Assembly (NCBI RefSeq): GCF_046119375.1
Contig: NW_027362765.1
Location: 391,468,001 to 391,532,000 of the forward strand
Direction: 5' to 3'
Length of the DNA stretch: 64,000 nucleotides
Source: Phyllobates terribilis
Taxonomy: Eukaryota
Shown here: one piece after another, positions 23,306-37,437 of the stretch
Layout of the letters: the number at the start of each line of letters is the position of its first letter
How positions within the stretch are numbered: position 1 is the stretch's first letter
Notes under the pieces: model-generated
Told to the model about the DNA's origin: nothing
Seen by the model: only the letters and a program-made list of their open reading frames with translations
Database searches by the model: none
Made by a program: the position numbers and the translations under genes

Positions 23306-23742
23306 GGACGGGAGTAGAGACTGTATATAGTTGCCCGTCGGGGCACAGTGAACCGTTGCTGCTAAAATAGTCCCCGTTGGGACCAGTGAACTGTTTACCC
23401 GTTAACCCCTTCATCCTACAGGCTGAGGACTGTGAGCAGCCATTCCCTTCCCTCTACCTGGCCGAGGACTGAGAGCGGCCAACTTCCCCTGTAAATAGTT
23501 GCGCGTCCTAAAGCGCCCCCTACCGGTTTTATAGAAAACCTGTTTTTCTAAGAGACTGTCGCACTTTTCCCGGACACACGTTGCACAGTGTCCGGAGGAG
23601 GAACCTGAAACAAGAGACGACGAGAATGTTTATATGAAAAGTTTTATATATATAATGTTTTATATGTTTTATTATGTTTATATGAAAAATTTTGTATGTT
23701 TTGGTGTTTTTGTCTTTACAGCCCGAGGACGTGCTGTGATTT

Positions 23743-23754
23743 ACCAGGGGGGAA
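23743..23754 (+). promoter_or_regulatory. Polypurine tract
   Basis: ACCAGGGGGGAA directly before the TG of the 3' LTR. Confidence 0.85.
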
Positions 23755-24976
23755 TGTAGCACCCTGAGGATTCGGCTGCTACAGGGGTATTGCACCTCAA
23801 CCCAGAGGTGTGATATTCCACTCCCGGGTAAGGATGGAGAGTGGATCTGAGCTCGGTAGGCTGCATGCACTACATACATCCCATTTCCGAGGAACAGGCC
23901 GACGGTACTCCCACTTAGAAATGTGCAGGTACGACCGAGTCTGTTCCTGGCTGGAGTGGGAGGGGGGTGGTACATCCCAAGTAGTGTAGGGGCAGATAGG
24001 GGGAGCAGCCTGGGTAAAGTTAGGAGCTCATTGGGTGCTGGTCACCTGAGCTCACACATAGAGGGATATATAAGGCGGGCACCAACTAGAATCAGGGTCA
24101 GACGCAGAGAGTCAGATGCAGAGAGGATCAGCTGCAGAGAACAAGTCAGGAGAGGAGAGAAGAAAGACCAAGACCCAGAGTGAGAGAGGAGAAAAGAGAA
24201 AGACCCAGAGCACAGAAGAGTAGGGACCCAAGAACCCAAATCAGAGCACCGGGTGAGGAGTCAGCAAAAGGGTACCGGAACCCAAACTGGTGGGGGTAAA
24301 AACAATCCCCAGCCAGAGACCGGAGACCGTGGGCAGTGTCTGCCACGGTCACCCACCACATTCACCCCGAAGGCACACCACATGAAGGGTCAGGGAACCC
24401 AGGGCCAAGGGTGTCCCAACAGAAGGCCCGAGGGAGCTGGACCTAGGTGGATCACTGGTGGGGACGGCTGAAGAAAGGACAGAGGGAGAGCTCAGGGCCA
24501 CGCTCCGGACTTGTTTGGGGGTTGGCTGGATCCAGGACCTGGTGGACGCAGCACGGCTCGGGTGGTCACTAGCAGCTGGAGTGACCAGTACAACATCTGC
24601 AGTAAGTAAACACCCTTAACTGCACAACCCGACTCTGTCTTCACTGCCGTCTGCACTACACCACCACAACCCCCATCCTCTGCGCCTGTCCCCTCTGAGG
24701 CTATACCCCTCCCGTTGGGGGTTATTTCACCAAGCTGCGCACCCACCATCAGCCTCAGCGGACCCTGCTGCAGCGGCGGCCACAGTGACCGCATCACAAC
24801 GGGTGGCGTAGTCGACACAAAAGAACTTTAGTAACATCTGTAGAACTGCCACATCACACTGAGCTTGACGCCCTGGGCACGGGACCGGGTCACAGCCGCT
24901 CAGAGACTACAAACCCCCATCTGATCCGGTGCCGGGTATTCCCCTCAAAAAGGAATATGTCCCAGGGGGCGCGTCA
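23755..24976 (+). repeat. 3' LTR
   Basis: Same length as the 5' LTR; only two substitutions noticed by eye (CTCTAAGG/CTCTGAGG, CTCGGAGA/CTCAGAGA). Confidence 0.95.
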
Positions 24977-25019
24977 CATGCACATAATTAGAAAATAACA
25001 TGATGAGAACAGGCCCTTG

Positions 25020-25579
25020 CTGTTAAATGGATGTGGCATCAAAAATTGACTTATTGTTTAAATCATATTTTTGTGATACATGTATTTTTATTTTAAAGTG
25101 GTAAGTTTTTATTTCATATCACAATGTTCTTTAAAAAACAAAATTAGTAATCATACAATTCTTACACTGGCCACTGGGGCTATTTTAGACTCTAACTTCC
25201 TGTCTTTTCAGGAACAGTTCTCATTATCATCAGAGGCAGGATTACAATGACATGTAACAACGCTAAACACAGCTACTGATAACACAAGATCCACAATAGG
25301 GGACGTCACAGCTCTCCCTCCTGTTCAATGACCTTTGCACATGCGCATTAGATGCTTCACTACAAAAGACAGTGTCTGTGTCCGTTCATTGTGGTTAATG
25401 TACATGTGTTATTTCCTGTAACAACAAAAAGTGAAAGTCTAAAAAAAAAAAAAGCCCCAGTGGCCAGAGTAAAAATTGCAAGATTTCATATTTTTAATTT
25501 TACTAGAGATCTTGATTTTTTTTAAATGGATATTTAAACGATATGTTATTAGGTTATTTTCAGATGACACTTTCCCTTT
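25020..25579. mobile_element. Palindromic MITE-like non-autonomous DNA element
   Basis: Inverted arms CTGGCCACTGGGGCT..TTTTAGACT / AGTCTAAAA..GCCCCAGTGGCCAG and degenerate termini GTGGCATC.AAAAT / ATTTTCAGATGACAC. Confidence 0.55.
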
Positions 25580-26409
25580 GGGGCCACGTTCAGTATTTTA
25601 CATCACTATTTGCATCTGACACCAGATGAAGCTATGGCGAAACATGCTTCGAGCACAAACATCTGATGTGATTTGATATTTTTGATCCAGTCTTTTTATG
25701 TTTACTGCTTTTTTTTATCTTTGGTCCCTGTGTGGTCTCTTAGGGGGATGCATCAGGAAAGGCTCATCCATTACATGCTTATGAAGGAGGCATAGTCATC
25801 AATGTCATAGTATGCAGCATATGCAGCACTCTTTTTTTGCACTTTGCAGGAACATATTATTGCACTTTATTGTATATTTACATATAGCGTTATATATTTT
25901 TTTCATTATCAATTCAAATAATTTTTTATGAATTACTATTTTATGCACTAAGCACTGTTTTCCCTACATATCTATCTCTGTTAGTGGTGACACTGTGCTA
26001 TATATATTTAGGGAAGTCATTTTCCCCCCATTCTACTATCACATACTGTATCTATTTTAATTCTTTCCTGTAAGATTATACAGTATATATCAATTTCTGT
26101 ATTTTGGAGCCACTTTTTAGGTGTATTTTGAATTATTGGATTAATATAAACAAAACCACAAATTTTTTTATTGATATACATAAGACCGTCTCCATGTTTT
26201 TGTTTTGAAAGCTTTTATATGTTAATAATAAAATTAAGCCTTTGAATTATTTATTGTATGCGTAGTCTTTTTTTTATAGGTTTAATAATCAGTATTTGTA
26301 AGCCAAAAGCAGCAGTGGAACAATCAGAATTTCCACCCATTCCTGATTTTGGTTTACAAATATTGATGTAAAATACTGACCAAATACTGAACATGTGAAC
26401 GTGGCCCTA
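25580..26409. mobile_element. MITE with a nested AT-rich Penelope-like fragment (about 25612-26285)
   Basis: Termini GGGCCACGTTCA / TGAACGTGGCCC, AGTATTT repeats on both arms; insert starts with a degenerate CAGATGA..GCGAAAC motif. Confidence 0.55.
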
Positions 26410-27064
26410 TACTGAGAATTTCTAATGTAGAAATGCAGCAAAATAGGCATTGCTGTGCCAACCTCCGCTGCACAGCCCTGTAATACGCAGCAATAGTTGT
26501 TTTTGCATGTACAGAAATAGATTAAAGTGTCTGCATGTAAAACTGCTTTGAAGAAAGAAGTGGTCTACATCCTTTGGTGTCTCAGTTGTAGTAAATCTAC
26601 AATTCCCAAAAAGCCCTAAAAACCTTTTGTTGTCAACCATAATGAAAGTTGTAGATTCGCAACAGCTGGGAAGCCACAGGTTCAAGAGCGCCGCTGTAGA
26701 CCAATATTTTGCACGCCAAAGTATCTGCCTTCTTAATTGTAATGAAAGAGGCCATCATGTTACATTATCAAAAGTGCCATTTACATCCAGGTGCGTCATT
26801 AGATTAAGCATGGCTGCCAATATATCAGTTTCACGTGTAAAATCTAATAAGGTGATGTTTAGCTGATGAAACCGATGTTTGGCTGAAACTCTTGGTTGAA
26901 TATTTCACATCTGTGAGGGCGCAGTATAATAGCTGCTTTTCTATAATCTTTGCTTCTATGAAAATATTCCAGTGTGTTACAGTCAATATTAAATTGAATT
27001 AAACTGCCCTGATAGATGAATATTGAATCACGGAGAAAGGAAGGACACCATGCTATATTATATA

Positions 27065-28626
27065 CACTGTGTGCAGAATTATTAAGCAAATGCGTATTTT
27101 GATCACATGATGCTTTTTATACATGTTGTCCTACTCCAAGCTGCATAGGCTTGAGAGCCAACTACCAATTAAGTAAATCTGGTGATGTGCATCTCTGTAA
27201 TGAGGAGGGGTGTTGACTAATGACATCAACACCCTATATAAGGTGTGCTTAATTATTAGGCAACTTCCTTTCCTTTGCCAAAATGGGTCAGAGGAGAGAT
27301 TTGACGGGCTCTGAAAAGTCCAAAATTGTGAGATGTCTTGCAGAGGGAGGCAGCAGTCTTGAAATTTCCAAACTTTTGAAGCGTGATCACCAAACAATCA
27401 AGCGTTTCATGGCAAATAGCCAACAGGGTCGCAAGAAGCGTGTTGGCCAAAAAAGGCGCAAAATAACTGTCCATGAATTGAGGAAAATCAAGCGTGAAGC
27501 TGCCAAGATGCCATTCGCCACCAGTTTTGCCATATTTCAGAGCGCAACGTTACTGGAGTATCAAAAAGCACAAGGTGTGCGATACTCAGGGACATGGCCA
27601 AGGTAAGGAAGGCTAAAAAACGACCACCTTTGAACAAGAAACATAAGATAAAACGTCAAGAATGGGCCAAGAAATATCTTAAGACTGATTTTTCAAAGGT
27701 TTTATGGACTGATGAAATGAGAGTGACTCTTGATGGGCCAGATGGATGGGCCATAGGCTGGACCAGTAAAGGGCAGAGAGCTCCACTCCGACTCAGACGC
27801 CAGCAAGGTGGAGGTGGGGTACTGGTATGGGCTGGTATCATCAAAGATGAACTTGTGGGACCTTTTCGGGTTGAGGATGGAGTGAAGCTCAACTCCCAGA
27901 CCTCCTGCCAGTTTCTGGAAGACAACTTCTTCAAGCAGTGGTACAGGAAGAAGTCGGTATCGTTCAAGAAAAACATGATTTTCATGCAGGACAGTGCTCC
28001 ATCGCATGCATCCAACTACTCCACAGCGTGGCTGGCCAGTAAAGGTCTAAAAGAAGAAAAAATAATGACATGACCCCCTTGTTCACCTGATCTGAACCCC
28101 ATAGAGAACCTGTGGTCCATCATAAAATGTGAGATCTACAGGGAGGGAAAACAGTACACCTCGGGGAACAGTGTCTGGGAGGCTGTGGTGGCTGCTGCAC
28201 GCAATGTTGATGGAAAACAGATCAAGCAACTGACAGAGTCTATGGATGGAAGGCTGTTGAGCGTCATCATAAAGAAAGGTGGCTATATTGATCACTAATT
28301 TTTTTTGTTTTTGTTTTTGCATGTCAGAAATGTTTATTTCTAAATTTTGTGCACTGATATTGGTTTACCTGGTGAAAATAAACAAGTGAGATGGGATTCT
28401 ATTTGGATTTTATTAAGTTACCTAATAATTATGCACAGTAATAGTTACATGCACAAACAGATATCCTCCTAAGATAGCCAAATCTAAAAAAAAAACCACT
28501 CCAACTTCCAAAAATATTAAGCTTGGATGTTTATGAGTCTTTTGGGTTGATTGAGAACATAGTTGTTGATCAATAATAAAAATAATCCTCTAAAATACAA
28601 CTTGCCTAATAATTCTGTACACAGTG
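27065..28626 (+). mobile_element. Full-length Tc1/mariner element with disrupted transposase
   Basis: TIRs CACTGTGTGCAGAATTATTAAGCAA / TTGCCTAATAATTCTGTACACAGTG, TA on both sides; MGQRRDLTGSEK..., WTDEMRVTLDGPD, FMQDSAPSH, SPDLNPIE pieces broken by a frameshift near 27590 and a stop at 28071-28073. Confidence 0.93.
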
Positions 28627-28678
28627 TATGGATACAAACATAATTCTCACCATAAATGATAAGTGCAATGCATGGACA

Positions 28679-31600
28679 CAGAGGTGCATCTAGGTTTTCT
28701 GGCACCCAGGGCAAGAGTTCATTTTGGCGCACACCCACCTCCCCTATCTCAAGCACATATGAGATTTGCACACTTAGTCATGTGCCGACAAGCGCTCTTC
28801 CTAATTCTCTCAATGTTCAGTAAAAAACTGAAAGAAGCAGAAGAGAAGCTTATTGTCACCTGACGGTAAGTATGAATGAAATGCCCATGTGATGACAGCT
28901 AGAACCAGCAAGCAAAGCTGAATCCTGATAGTAAGGATGTTACACGCTGTTAGGATTGGCTACAGGGCTTCATTTTATAATTATAGGGCTTGTCCAGGTT
29001 TGAGATGAAAGTCTGTAGTCACTCTAGTTGACTGCTGGCTTCTGAATTCTCACAGTGCATACACTGCACACTTTTAGGATTCTTCCTTGCACAAGTATGT
29101 GATTTGTATACTTTGTATGCAAATCGCCAACGCAAGAGTATCCTGACAGCGAGCAGAGTGCACTGAGAGAATTCAGAAGTCTGCAGCCACATAGAATGAC
29201 TGCAGACTCATCAGAAACTTGGACAACCACTTTAATGCTCCTAGAATAATATAAAATATGAGAATTAGTCAGTATCTCTGAAAAACATTTACATCCAGGT
29301 ACCTTATAGATGACGTCGTCTCTGGAGTCGGTCTCTTTCTTTTCTTCTTCATCTTGTCCAGACTCCATGATGACTTTTCTCATCCACATCTCATCTCTGC
29401 AGACTTCCATCTTCTCCGGTCTTCTGCAGCACATCTCCACACGATGCCCTTAAAGATAGCAGTGTCATTATAATGCTCCAGAATAAAACTATCTGTCTTC
29501 AAGTTTCTCCCGTTCCCCATATTCTGCCTGCACCGCTTCCCGTTACACTAAATCTCCCCCATATAGTAAATACCCCCCACACACAGTAAATACCCCCCCA
29601 CACACACAGTAAATACCCCCCCACACACCCAGTAAATACCCCCCCACACAGTAAATACCCCCCACACAGTAAATACCCCCCCACACAGTAAATATTCCCT
29701 CCACACACAGTAAATACCCCCCACACACAGTTAATATTCTCTCCACACACAGTAAATACCCCCCACACACAGTAAATATTCCCTCCACACACAGTAAATA
29801 CCCCCCACACACACAGTAAATACCCCCCACACACAGTTAATATTCTCTCCACACACAGTAAATACCCACCACACACAGTAAATACCCCCACACACAGTAA
29901 ATACCCCCCCACACACACAGTAAATACCCCCCACACACAGTAAATATTCCCTCCACACACAGTAAATACCCCCCACACACAGTAAATACCCCCACACACA
30001 GTTAATATTCTCTCCACACACAGTAAATACCCCCCACACACAGTAAATATTCCCTCCACACACAGTAAATACCCCCCACACACAGTAAATACCCCCCACA
30101 CACAGTAAATATTCCCTCCACACACAGTAAATACCCCCCACACACAGTAAATACCCCCCCCACACAGTTAATATTCTCTCCACACACAGTAAATACCCCC
30201 CCCACACACAGTAAATACCCCCCACACACAGTAAATACCCCCCACACACAGTTAATATTCTCTCCACACACAGTAAATACCCCCCACACACAGTAAATAC
30301 CCCCCACACACAGTAAATACCCCCCACACACAGTTAATATTCTCTCCACACACAGTAAATACCCCCCACACACAGTAAATACCCCCCCCACACAGTTAAT
30401 ATTCTCTCCACACACAGTAAAAAACCCCCACACACAGTAAATACCCCCCCACACACACAGTAAATACCCCCCACACACAGTAAATACCCCCCACACACAG
30501 TTAATATTCTCTCCACACACAGTAAATACCCTCCACACACAGTAAATACCCCCCACCCACAGTAAATACCCCCCACCCACAGTAAATACCCCCCACACAC
30601 AGTTAATATTCTCTCCACACACAGTAAATACCCCCCACACACAGTAAATACCCACCACACACAGTAAATACCCACCACACACAGTAAATACCCCCCACCC
30701 ACAGTAAATACCCCCCAAACACAGTAAATACCCCCCCACACAGTAAATATTCCCTCCACACACAGTAAATACCCCCCACACACAGTAAATATTCCCTCCA
30801 CACACAGTAAATACCCCCCACACACAGTAAATGCCCCCCACACACAGTAAATACCCCCCACACACAGTAAATACCCCCCCACACACACAGTAAATACCCC
30901 CCACACACAGTAAATACCCCCCCACACACACAGTAAATACCCCCCCACACAGTAAATACCCCACACACACAGTAAATACCCCCCCACACACAGTAAATAC
31001 CCCCCCACACACACAGTAAATGCCCCCATACACAGTAAATACCCCCACACACCCAGTAAATACCCCCCCACACAGTAAATACCCCCCACACAGTAAATAC
31101 CCCCCCACACAGTAAATATTCCCTCCACACACAGTAAATACCCCCCACACACAGTTAATATTCTCTCCACACACAGTAAATACCCCCCACACACAGTAAA
31201 TATTCCCTCCACACACAGTAAATACCCCCCACACACACAGTAAATACCCCCCACACACAGTAAATATTCCCTCCACACACAGTAAATACCCCACACACAC
31301 AGTAAATACCCCCCACACACAGTTAATATTCTCTCCACACACAGTAAATACCCACCACACACAGTAAATACCCCCACACACAGTAAATACCCCCCCACAC
31401 ACACAGTAAATACCCCCCACACACAGTAAATATTCCCTCCACACACAGTAAATACCCCCCACACACAGTAAATACCCCCACACACAGTTAATATTCTCTC
31501 CACACACAGTAAATACCCCCCACACACAGTAAATATTCCCTCCACACACAGTAAATACCCCCCACACACAGTAAATACCCCCCACACACAGTAAATATTC

Positions 31601-34600
31601 CCTCCACACACAGTAAATACCCCCCACACACAGTAAATACCCCCCCACACAGTTAATATTCTCTCCACACACAGTAAATACCCCCCCACACACACAGTAA
31701 ATACCCCCCACACACAGTAAATACCCCCCACACACAGTTAATATTCTCTCCACACACAGTAAATACCCCCCACACACAGTAAATACCCCCCACACACAGT
31801 AAATACCCCCCACACACAGTTAATATTCTCTCCACACACAGTAAATACCCCCCACACACAGTAAATACCCCCCCACACAGTTAATATTCTCTCCACACAC
31901 AGTAAAAACCCCCCACACACAGTAAATACCCCCCCACACACACAGTAAATACCCCCCACACACAGTAAATACCCCCCACACACAGTTAATATTCTCTCCA
32001 CACACAGTAAATACCCTCCACACACAGTAAATACCCCCCACCCACAGTAAATACCCCCCACCCACAGTAAATACCCCCCACACACAGTTAATATTCTCTC
32101 CACACACAGTAAATACCCCCCACACACAGTAAATACCCACCACACACAGTAAATACCCCCCACCCACAGTAAATACCCCCCACACACAGTAAATACCCCC
32201 CCACACAGTAAATATTCCCTCCACACACAGTAAATACCCCCCACACACAGTAAATATTCCCTCCACACACAGTAAATACCCCCCACACACAGTAAATGCC
32301 CCCCACACACAGTAAATACCCCCCACACACAGTAAATACCCCCCCACACACACAGTAAATACCCCCCACACACAGTAAATACCCCCCCACACACACAGTA
32401 AATACCCCCCCACACAGTAAATACCCCCCACACACAGTAAATACCCCCCCACACACAGTAAATACCCCCCCACACACAGTAAATACCCCCCCACACACAC
32501 AGTAAATGCCCCCATACACAGTAAATACCCCCACACACACAGTAAATACCCCCCCACACACAGTAAATACCCCCCACACACACAGTAAATACCCCCCCAC
32601 ACAGTAAATATTCCCTCCACACACAGTAAATACCCCCCACACACAGTAAATACCCCCCACACAGTAAATATTCCCTCCACACACAGTAAATACCACCCAC
32701 ACACAGTAAATACCCCCCCACACAGTAAATATTCCCTCCACACACAGTAAATACCCCACACACACAGTAAATACCCCCCCACACACACAGTAAATACCCC
32801 CCCACACACAGTAAATACCCCCCACCCACAGTAAATACCCCCCCACACACACAGTAAATACCCCCCACACACACAGTAAATACCCCCCACACACAGTAAA
32901 TATTCCCTCCACACACAGTAAATACCCCCCACACACAGTAAATACCCCCCACACACAGTTAATATTCTCTCCACACACAGTAAATACCCCCCACCCACAG
33001 TAAATACCCCCCCACACACACAGTAAATACCCCCCACACACACAGTAAATACCCCCCACACACAGTAAATATTCCCTCCACACACAGTAAATACCCACCA
33101 CACACAGTAAATACCCCCCACACACAGTAAATACCCACCACACACAGTAAATACCTCCCACCCACAGTAAATACCCCCCACACACAGTAAATACCCCCCC
33201 ACACAGTAAATATTCCCTCCACACACAGTAAATACCCCCCACACACAGTAAATGCCCCCCACACACAGTAAATACCCCCACACACAGTAAATACCCCCCC
33301 ACACACAGTAAATACCCCCCACACACACAGTAAATACCCCCCCACACACACAGTAAATACCCCCCACACAGTAAATATTCCCTCCACACACAGTAAATAC
33401 CCCCCACACACAGTAAATACCCCCCCAAACACACAGTAAATACCCCCCCACACACAGTAAATACCCCCCCACACACACAGTAAATACCCCCCACACACAG
33501 TAAATATTCCCTCCACACACACAGTAAATACCCCCCACACACACAGTAAATACCCCCCCACACACACAGTAAATACCCCCCCACACACAGTAAATACCCC
33601 CACACACACACAGTAAATACCCCCCACACACAGTAAATACCCCCCACACACACACAGTAAATACCCCCCCCACACACAGTAAATACCCCCCCACACACAC
33701 AGTAAATACCCCCCCACACAGTAAATATTCCCTCCACACACAGTAAATACCCCCCACACACAGTAAATACCCCCCCCACACACAGTAAATACCCCCCCAC
33801 ACACAGGAAATACCCCCCCACACACACAGTAAATACCCCTCACACACAGTAAATATTCCCTCCACACACAGTAAATACCCCCCACACACAGTAAATACCC
33901 ACCACACACAGTAAATACCCCCCACCCACAGTAAATACCCCCCACACACAGTAAATACCCAACACACACAGAAAATACCCCCCACACACAGTAAATACCC
34001 ACCACACACAGTAAATACCCCCCACGCAAAGTAAATACCCCCACACACAGTAAATACCCCCCACACACAGTAAATACCCCCCCACACACAGTAAATACCC
34101 CCCACACACAGTAAATACCCCCCCACACACAGTAAATACCCCCCCACACAGTAAATATTCTCTCCACACACAGTAAATACCCCACAAACACAGTAAATAC
34201 CCACCACCCACAGTAAATACCCCCCACACACAGTAAATACCCACCACACACAGTAAATACCCCCCACGCACAGTAAATACCCCCCACACACAGTAAATAC
34301 CCCACACACACAGTAAATACCCCCCCACACACAGTAAATACCCCCCACACACAGTAAATACCCCCCCACACACAGTAAATACCCCCCACACACAGTAAAT
34401 ACCCCCCCACACACAGTAAATACCCCCCCACACAGTAAATATTCCCTCCACACACAGTAAATACCCCACACACACAGTAAATACCCACCACACACAGTAA
34501 ATACCCCCCACCCACAGTAAATACCCCCCACCCACAGTAAATACCCACCACACACAGTAAATACCCCCCACGTACAGTAAATACCCCCCACACACAGTAA

Positions 34601-36847
34601 ATACCCCACACACACAATAAATACCCACCACACACAGTAAATACCCCCCACCCACAGTAAATACCCCCCATACATAGTAAATACCCCACACAAAGTAAAT
34701 ACCCCCCCACACAGTAACTACCCCCCACACAGTAAATATTCCCTCCACACACAGTAAATACCCCCCACACACAGTAAATACCCCCCACACAGTAAATACC
34801 CACCACACACAGTAAATACCCCCCACCCACAGTAAATACCCCCCCACACACAGTAAATACCCCACACACACAGTAAATACCCCCCCACACAGTAAATACC
34901 CCCCACACAGTAAATACCCCCCCACACACAGTAAATACCCCCCCACACAGTAAATACCCCCCACACACAGTAAATACCCACCACACACAGTAAATACCCC
35001 CCACCCACAGTAAATACCCCCCACACACAGTAAATACCCCCCACGCACAGTAAATACCCCCCACGCACAGTAAATACCCCCCACACACAGTAAATACCCC
35101 CCCACACACAGTAAATACCCCCCACACACAGTAAATACCCCCCCACACAGTAAATATTCTCTCCACACACAGTAAATACCCCACACACACAGTAAATACC
35201 CACCACCCACAGTAAATACCCCCCACACACAGTAAATACCCCCCACGCACAGTAAATACCCCCCACACACAGTAAATACCCCACACACACAGTAAATACC
35301 CCCCACACACAGTAAATACCCCCCCACACACAGTAAATACCCCCCCACACAGTAAATATTCCCTCCACACACAGTAAATACCCCACACACACAGTAAATA
35401 CCCACCACACACAGTAAATACCCCCCACACACAGTAAATACCCACCACACACAGTAAATACCCCCCACGCACAGTAAATACCCCCCACACACAGTAAATA
35501 CCCCACACACACAGTAAATACCCACCACACACAGTAAATACCCCCCACCCACAGTAAATACCCCCCACACATAGTAAATACCCCACACACACAGTAAATA
35601 CCCCCCCACACAGTAACTACCCCCCACACAGTAAATATTCCCTCCACACACAGTAAATACCCCCCACACACAGTAAATACCCCCCACACAGTAAATACCC
35701 ACCACACACAGTAAATACCCCCCACCCACAGTAAATACCCCCCCACACACAGTAAATACCCCCCACACACAGTAAATACCCCCCACACACAGTAAATACC
35801 CCCCCACACAGTAAATACCCCCCCACACACAGTAAATACCCCCCCACACAGAGTCAATACCCCCCACACACAGTAAATACCCCCCACATACAGTAAATAC
35901 CCCACACACACAGTAAATACCCACCACACACAGTAAATACCCCCCACCCACAGTAAATACCCCCCACACACAGTAAATACCCCACACACACAGTAAATAC
36001 CCCACACACACAGTAAATACCCACCACACACAGTAAATACCCCCCACCCACAGTAAATACCCCCCACACACAGTAAATACCCCACACACACAGTAAATAC
36101 CCCCCCACACAGTAAATACCCCCCACACAGTAAATATTCCCTCCACACACAGTAAATACCCCACACACAGAGTCAATACCCCCCACACACAGTAAATACC
36201 CCCCACATACAGTAAATACCCCCCCACACAGTAAATACCCCCCCCACACAGTAAATACCCACCACACACAGTAAATACCCCCCACACACAGTAAATACCC
36301 CCCCCACACAGTAAATACCCCCCCACACAGTAAATACCCCCCCCACACAGTAAATACCCACCACCCACAGTAAATACCCCCCACACACAGTAAATACCCA
36401 CCACACACAGTAAATACCCCCCCACACAGTAAATACCCCCCACACACAGTAAATACCCCCCACACACAGTAAATACCCCCCCAGCCCCCTGTTAAATTTA
36501 ATCTTCAGTGTCTTCAGCTCCACTAATATTGAGCACTTTCCCCAATCTTCAGGGCGCTGGCGAGTGATGTCAGCAGCGTGATTACATGTCCTGATCACGC
36601 TGCTGCCATCGCTCTGACCCGGCGGTCAAAGCTTCATTTTTACTCACGTCTGTCGGACACAAATCCAATTGAACGCTGGAAGCCGGCGCACTGCTCGTTC
36701 TGTGAGCTGGCTCAGAGAACAGGCGACTCCCAATCCGAGGGGCGGCAAAATGCAGCTGGCGGCGGAGGCACTTCGGACCACCACAGTAGGCGGCCCTACT
36801 GCTCCCGGGGCACATGACCCGGCTGCCCCCACCTAGATACGCCTCTG
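28679..36847. mobile_element. 8.2-kb non-autonomous hAT element dominated by an internal minisatellite
   Basis: TIRs CAGAGGTGCATCTAGG / CCTAGATACGCCTCTG and perfect 8-bp TSD CATGGACA (28671-28678, 36848-36855); no transposase. Confidence 0.9.
29565..36481. repeat. 6.9-kb minisatellite, 18-23 bp unit
   Basis: Consensus CACACAGTAAATACCCCC(C) with variants AGTTAATATTCTCTCC and AGTAAATATTCCCTCC. Confidence 0.98.
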
Positions 36848-36904
36848 CATGGACATGGGAACAGTGTGAAGACAAGTGGTAGGCAGATGTCTATGGTAAC
36901 ATCA

Positions 36905-37375
36905 GACAGGGCAACAATGACAGGTAACACCTCTATACACAGGAGATAATACAGGATCCACCATTCACAATAGGTAATGTCACAGCTCACCTTCTCCCTC
37001 TCCTGTACAATGACTGATAACACCTCTATATACAGTAGATAATACAGGATCCACCATTCACAATAGGTGATGTCACAGCTCACCTTCTCCCCCTGCTGTA
37101 CAATGACTAATAACACCTCTATATACAGCAGATAACACAGGATCCACCATTCACAATAGGTGATGTCACAGCTCACCTCCTCCTCCTCCTCCTGTACAAT
37201 GACTGATAACACCTCTATATACAGTATATAACACAGGATCCACCATTCACAATAGGGGATGTCACAGCTCACCTCCTCCTCCTGTACACTGACTGATAAC
37301 ACCTCTATATACAGTAGATAACACAGGATCCACCATTCACAATAGGTGATGTCACAGCTCACATCCTCCCCCTCC
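36905..37375. repeat. About 5 copies of a 90-95 bp tandem repeat
   Basis: GACTGATAACACCTCTATATACAG.AGATAACACAGGATCCACCATTCACAATAGGTGATGTCACAGCTCACCT units; a related single copy lies near 25275. Confidence 0.9.
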
Positions 37376-37437
37376 CAGTATAATGGCTTTTGCCCAGATC
37401 ACAGCATGCCTTTGAAAGCTCTACTGTAGAAGTTAAT

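Larger units (their letters stand above)
20016..24976 (+). mobile_element. Intact, young non-autonomous LTR retroelement encoding a cold-shock-domain protein
   Basis: Two 1222-bp TG...CA LTRs, TSD CATG (20012-20015, 24977-24980), PBS at 21242, PPT at 23743, single long ORF; no gag/pol motifs seen. Confidence 0.95.

Noticed and set aside
20000-24818. Short duplicated ORFs (65-108 aa) in both LTRs
   Set aside because: They are duplicated only because the LTRs are duplicated; no recognisable domain.
29499-36598. Very long minus-strand ORFs (up to 957 aa of GGYLLCV/GIYCVW repeats)
   Set aside because: All three frames are open simply because the G-rich strand of the minisatellite lacks stops; unit length is not a constant multiple of 3.
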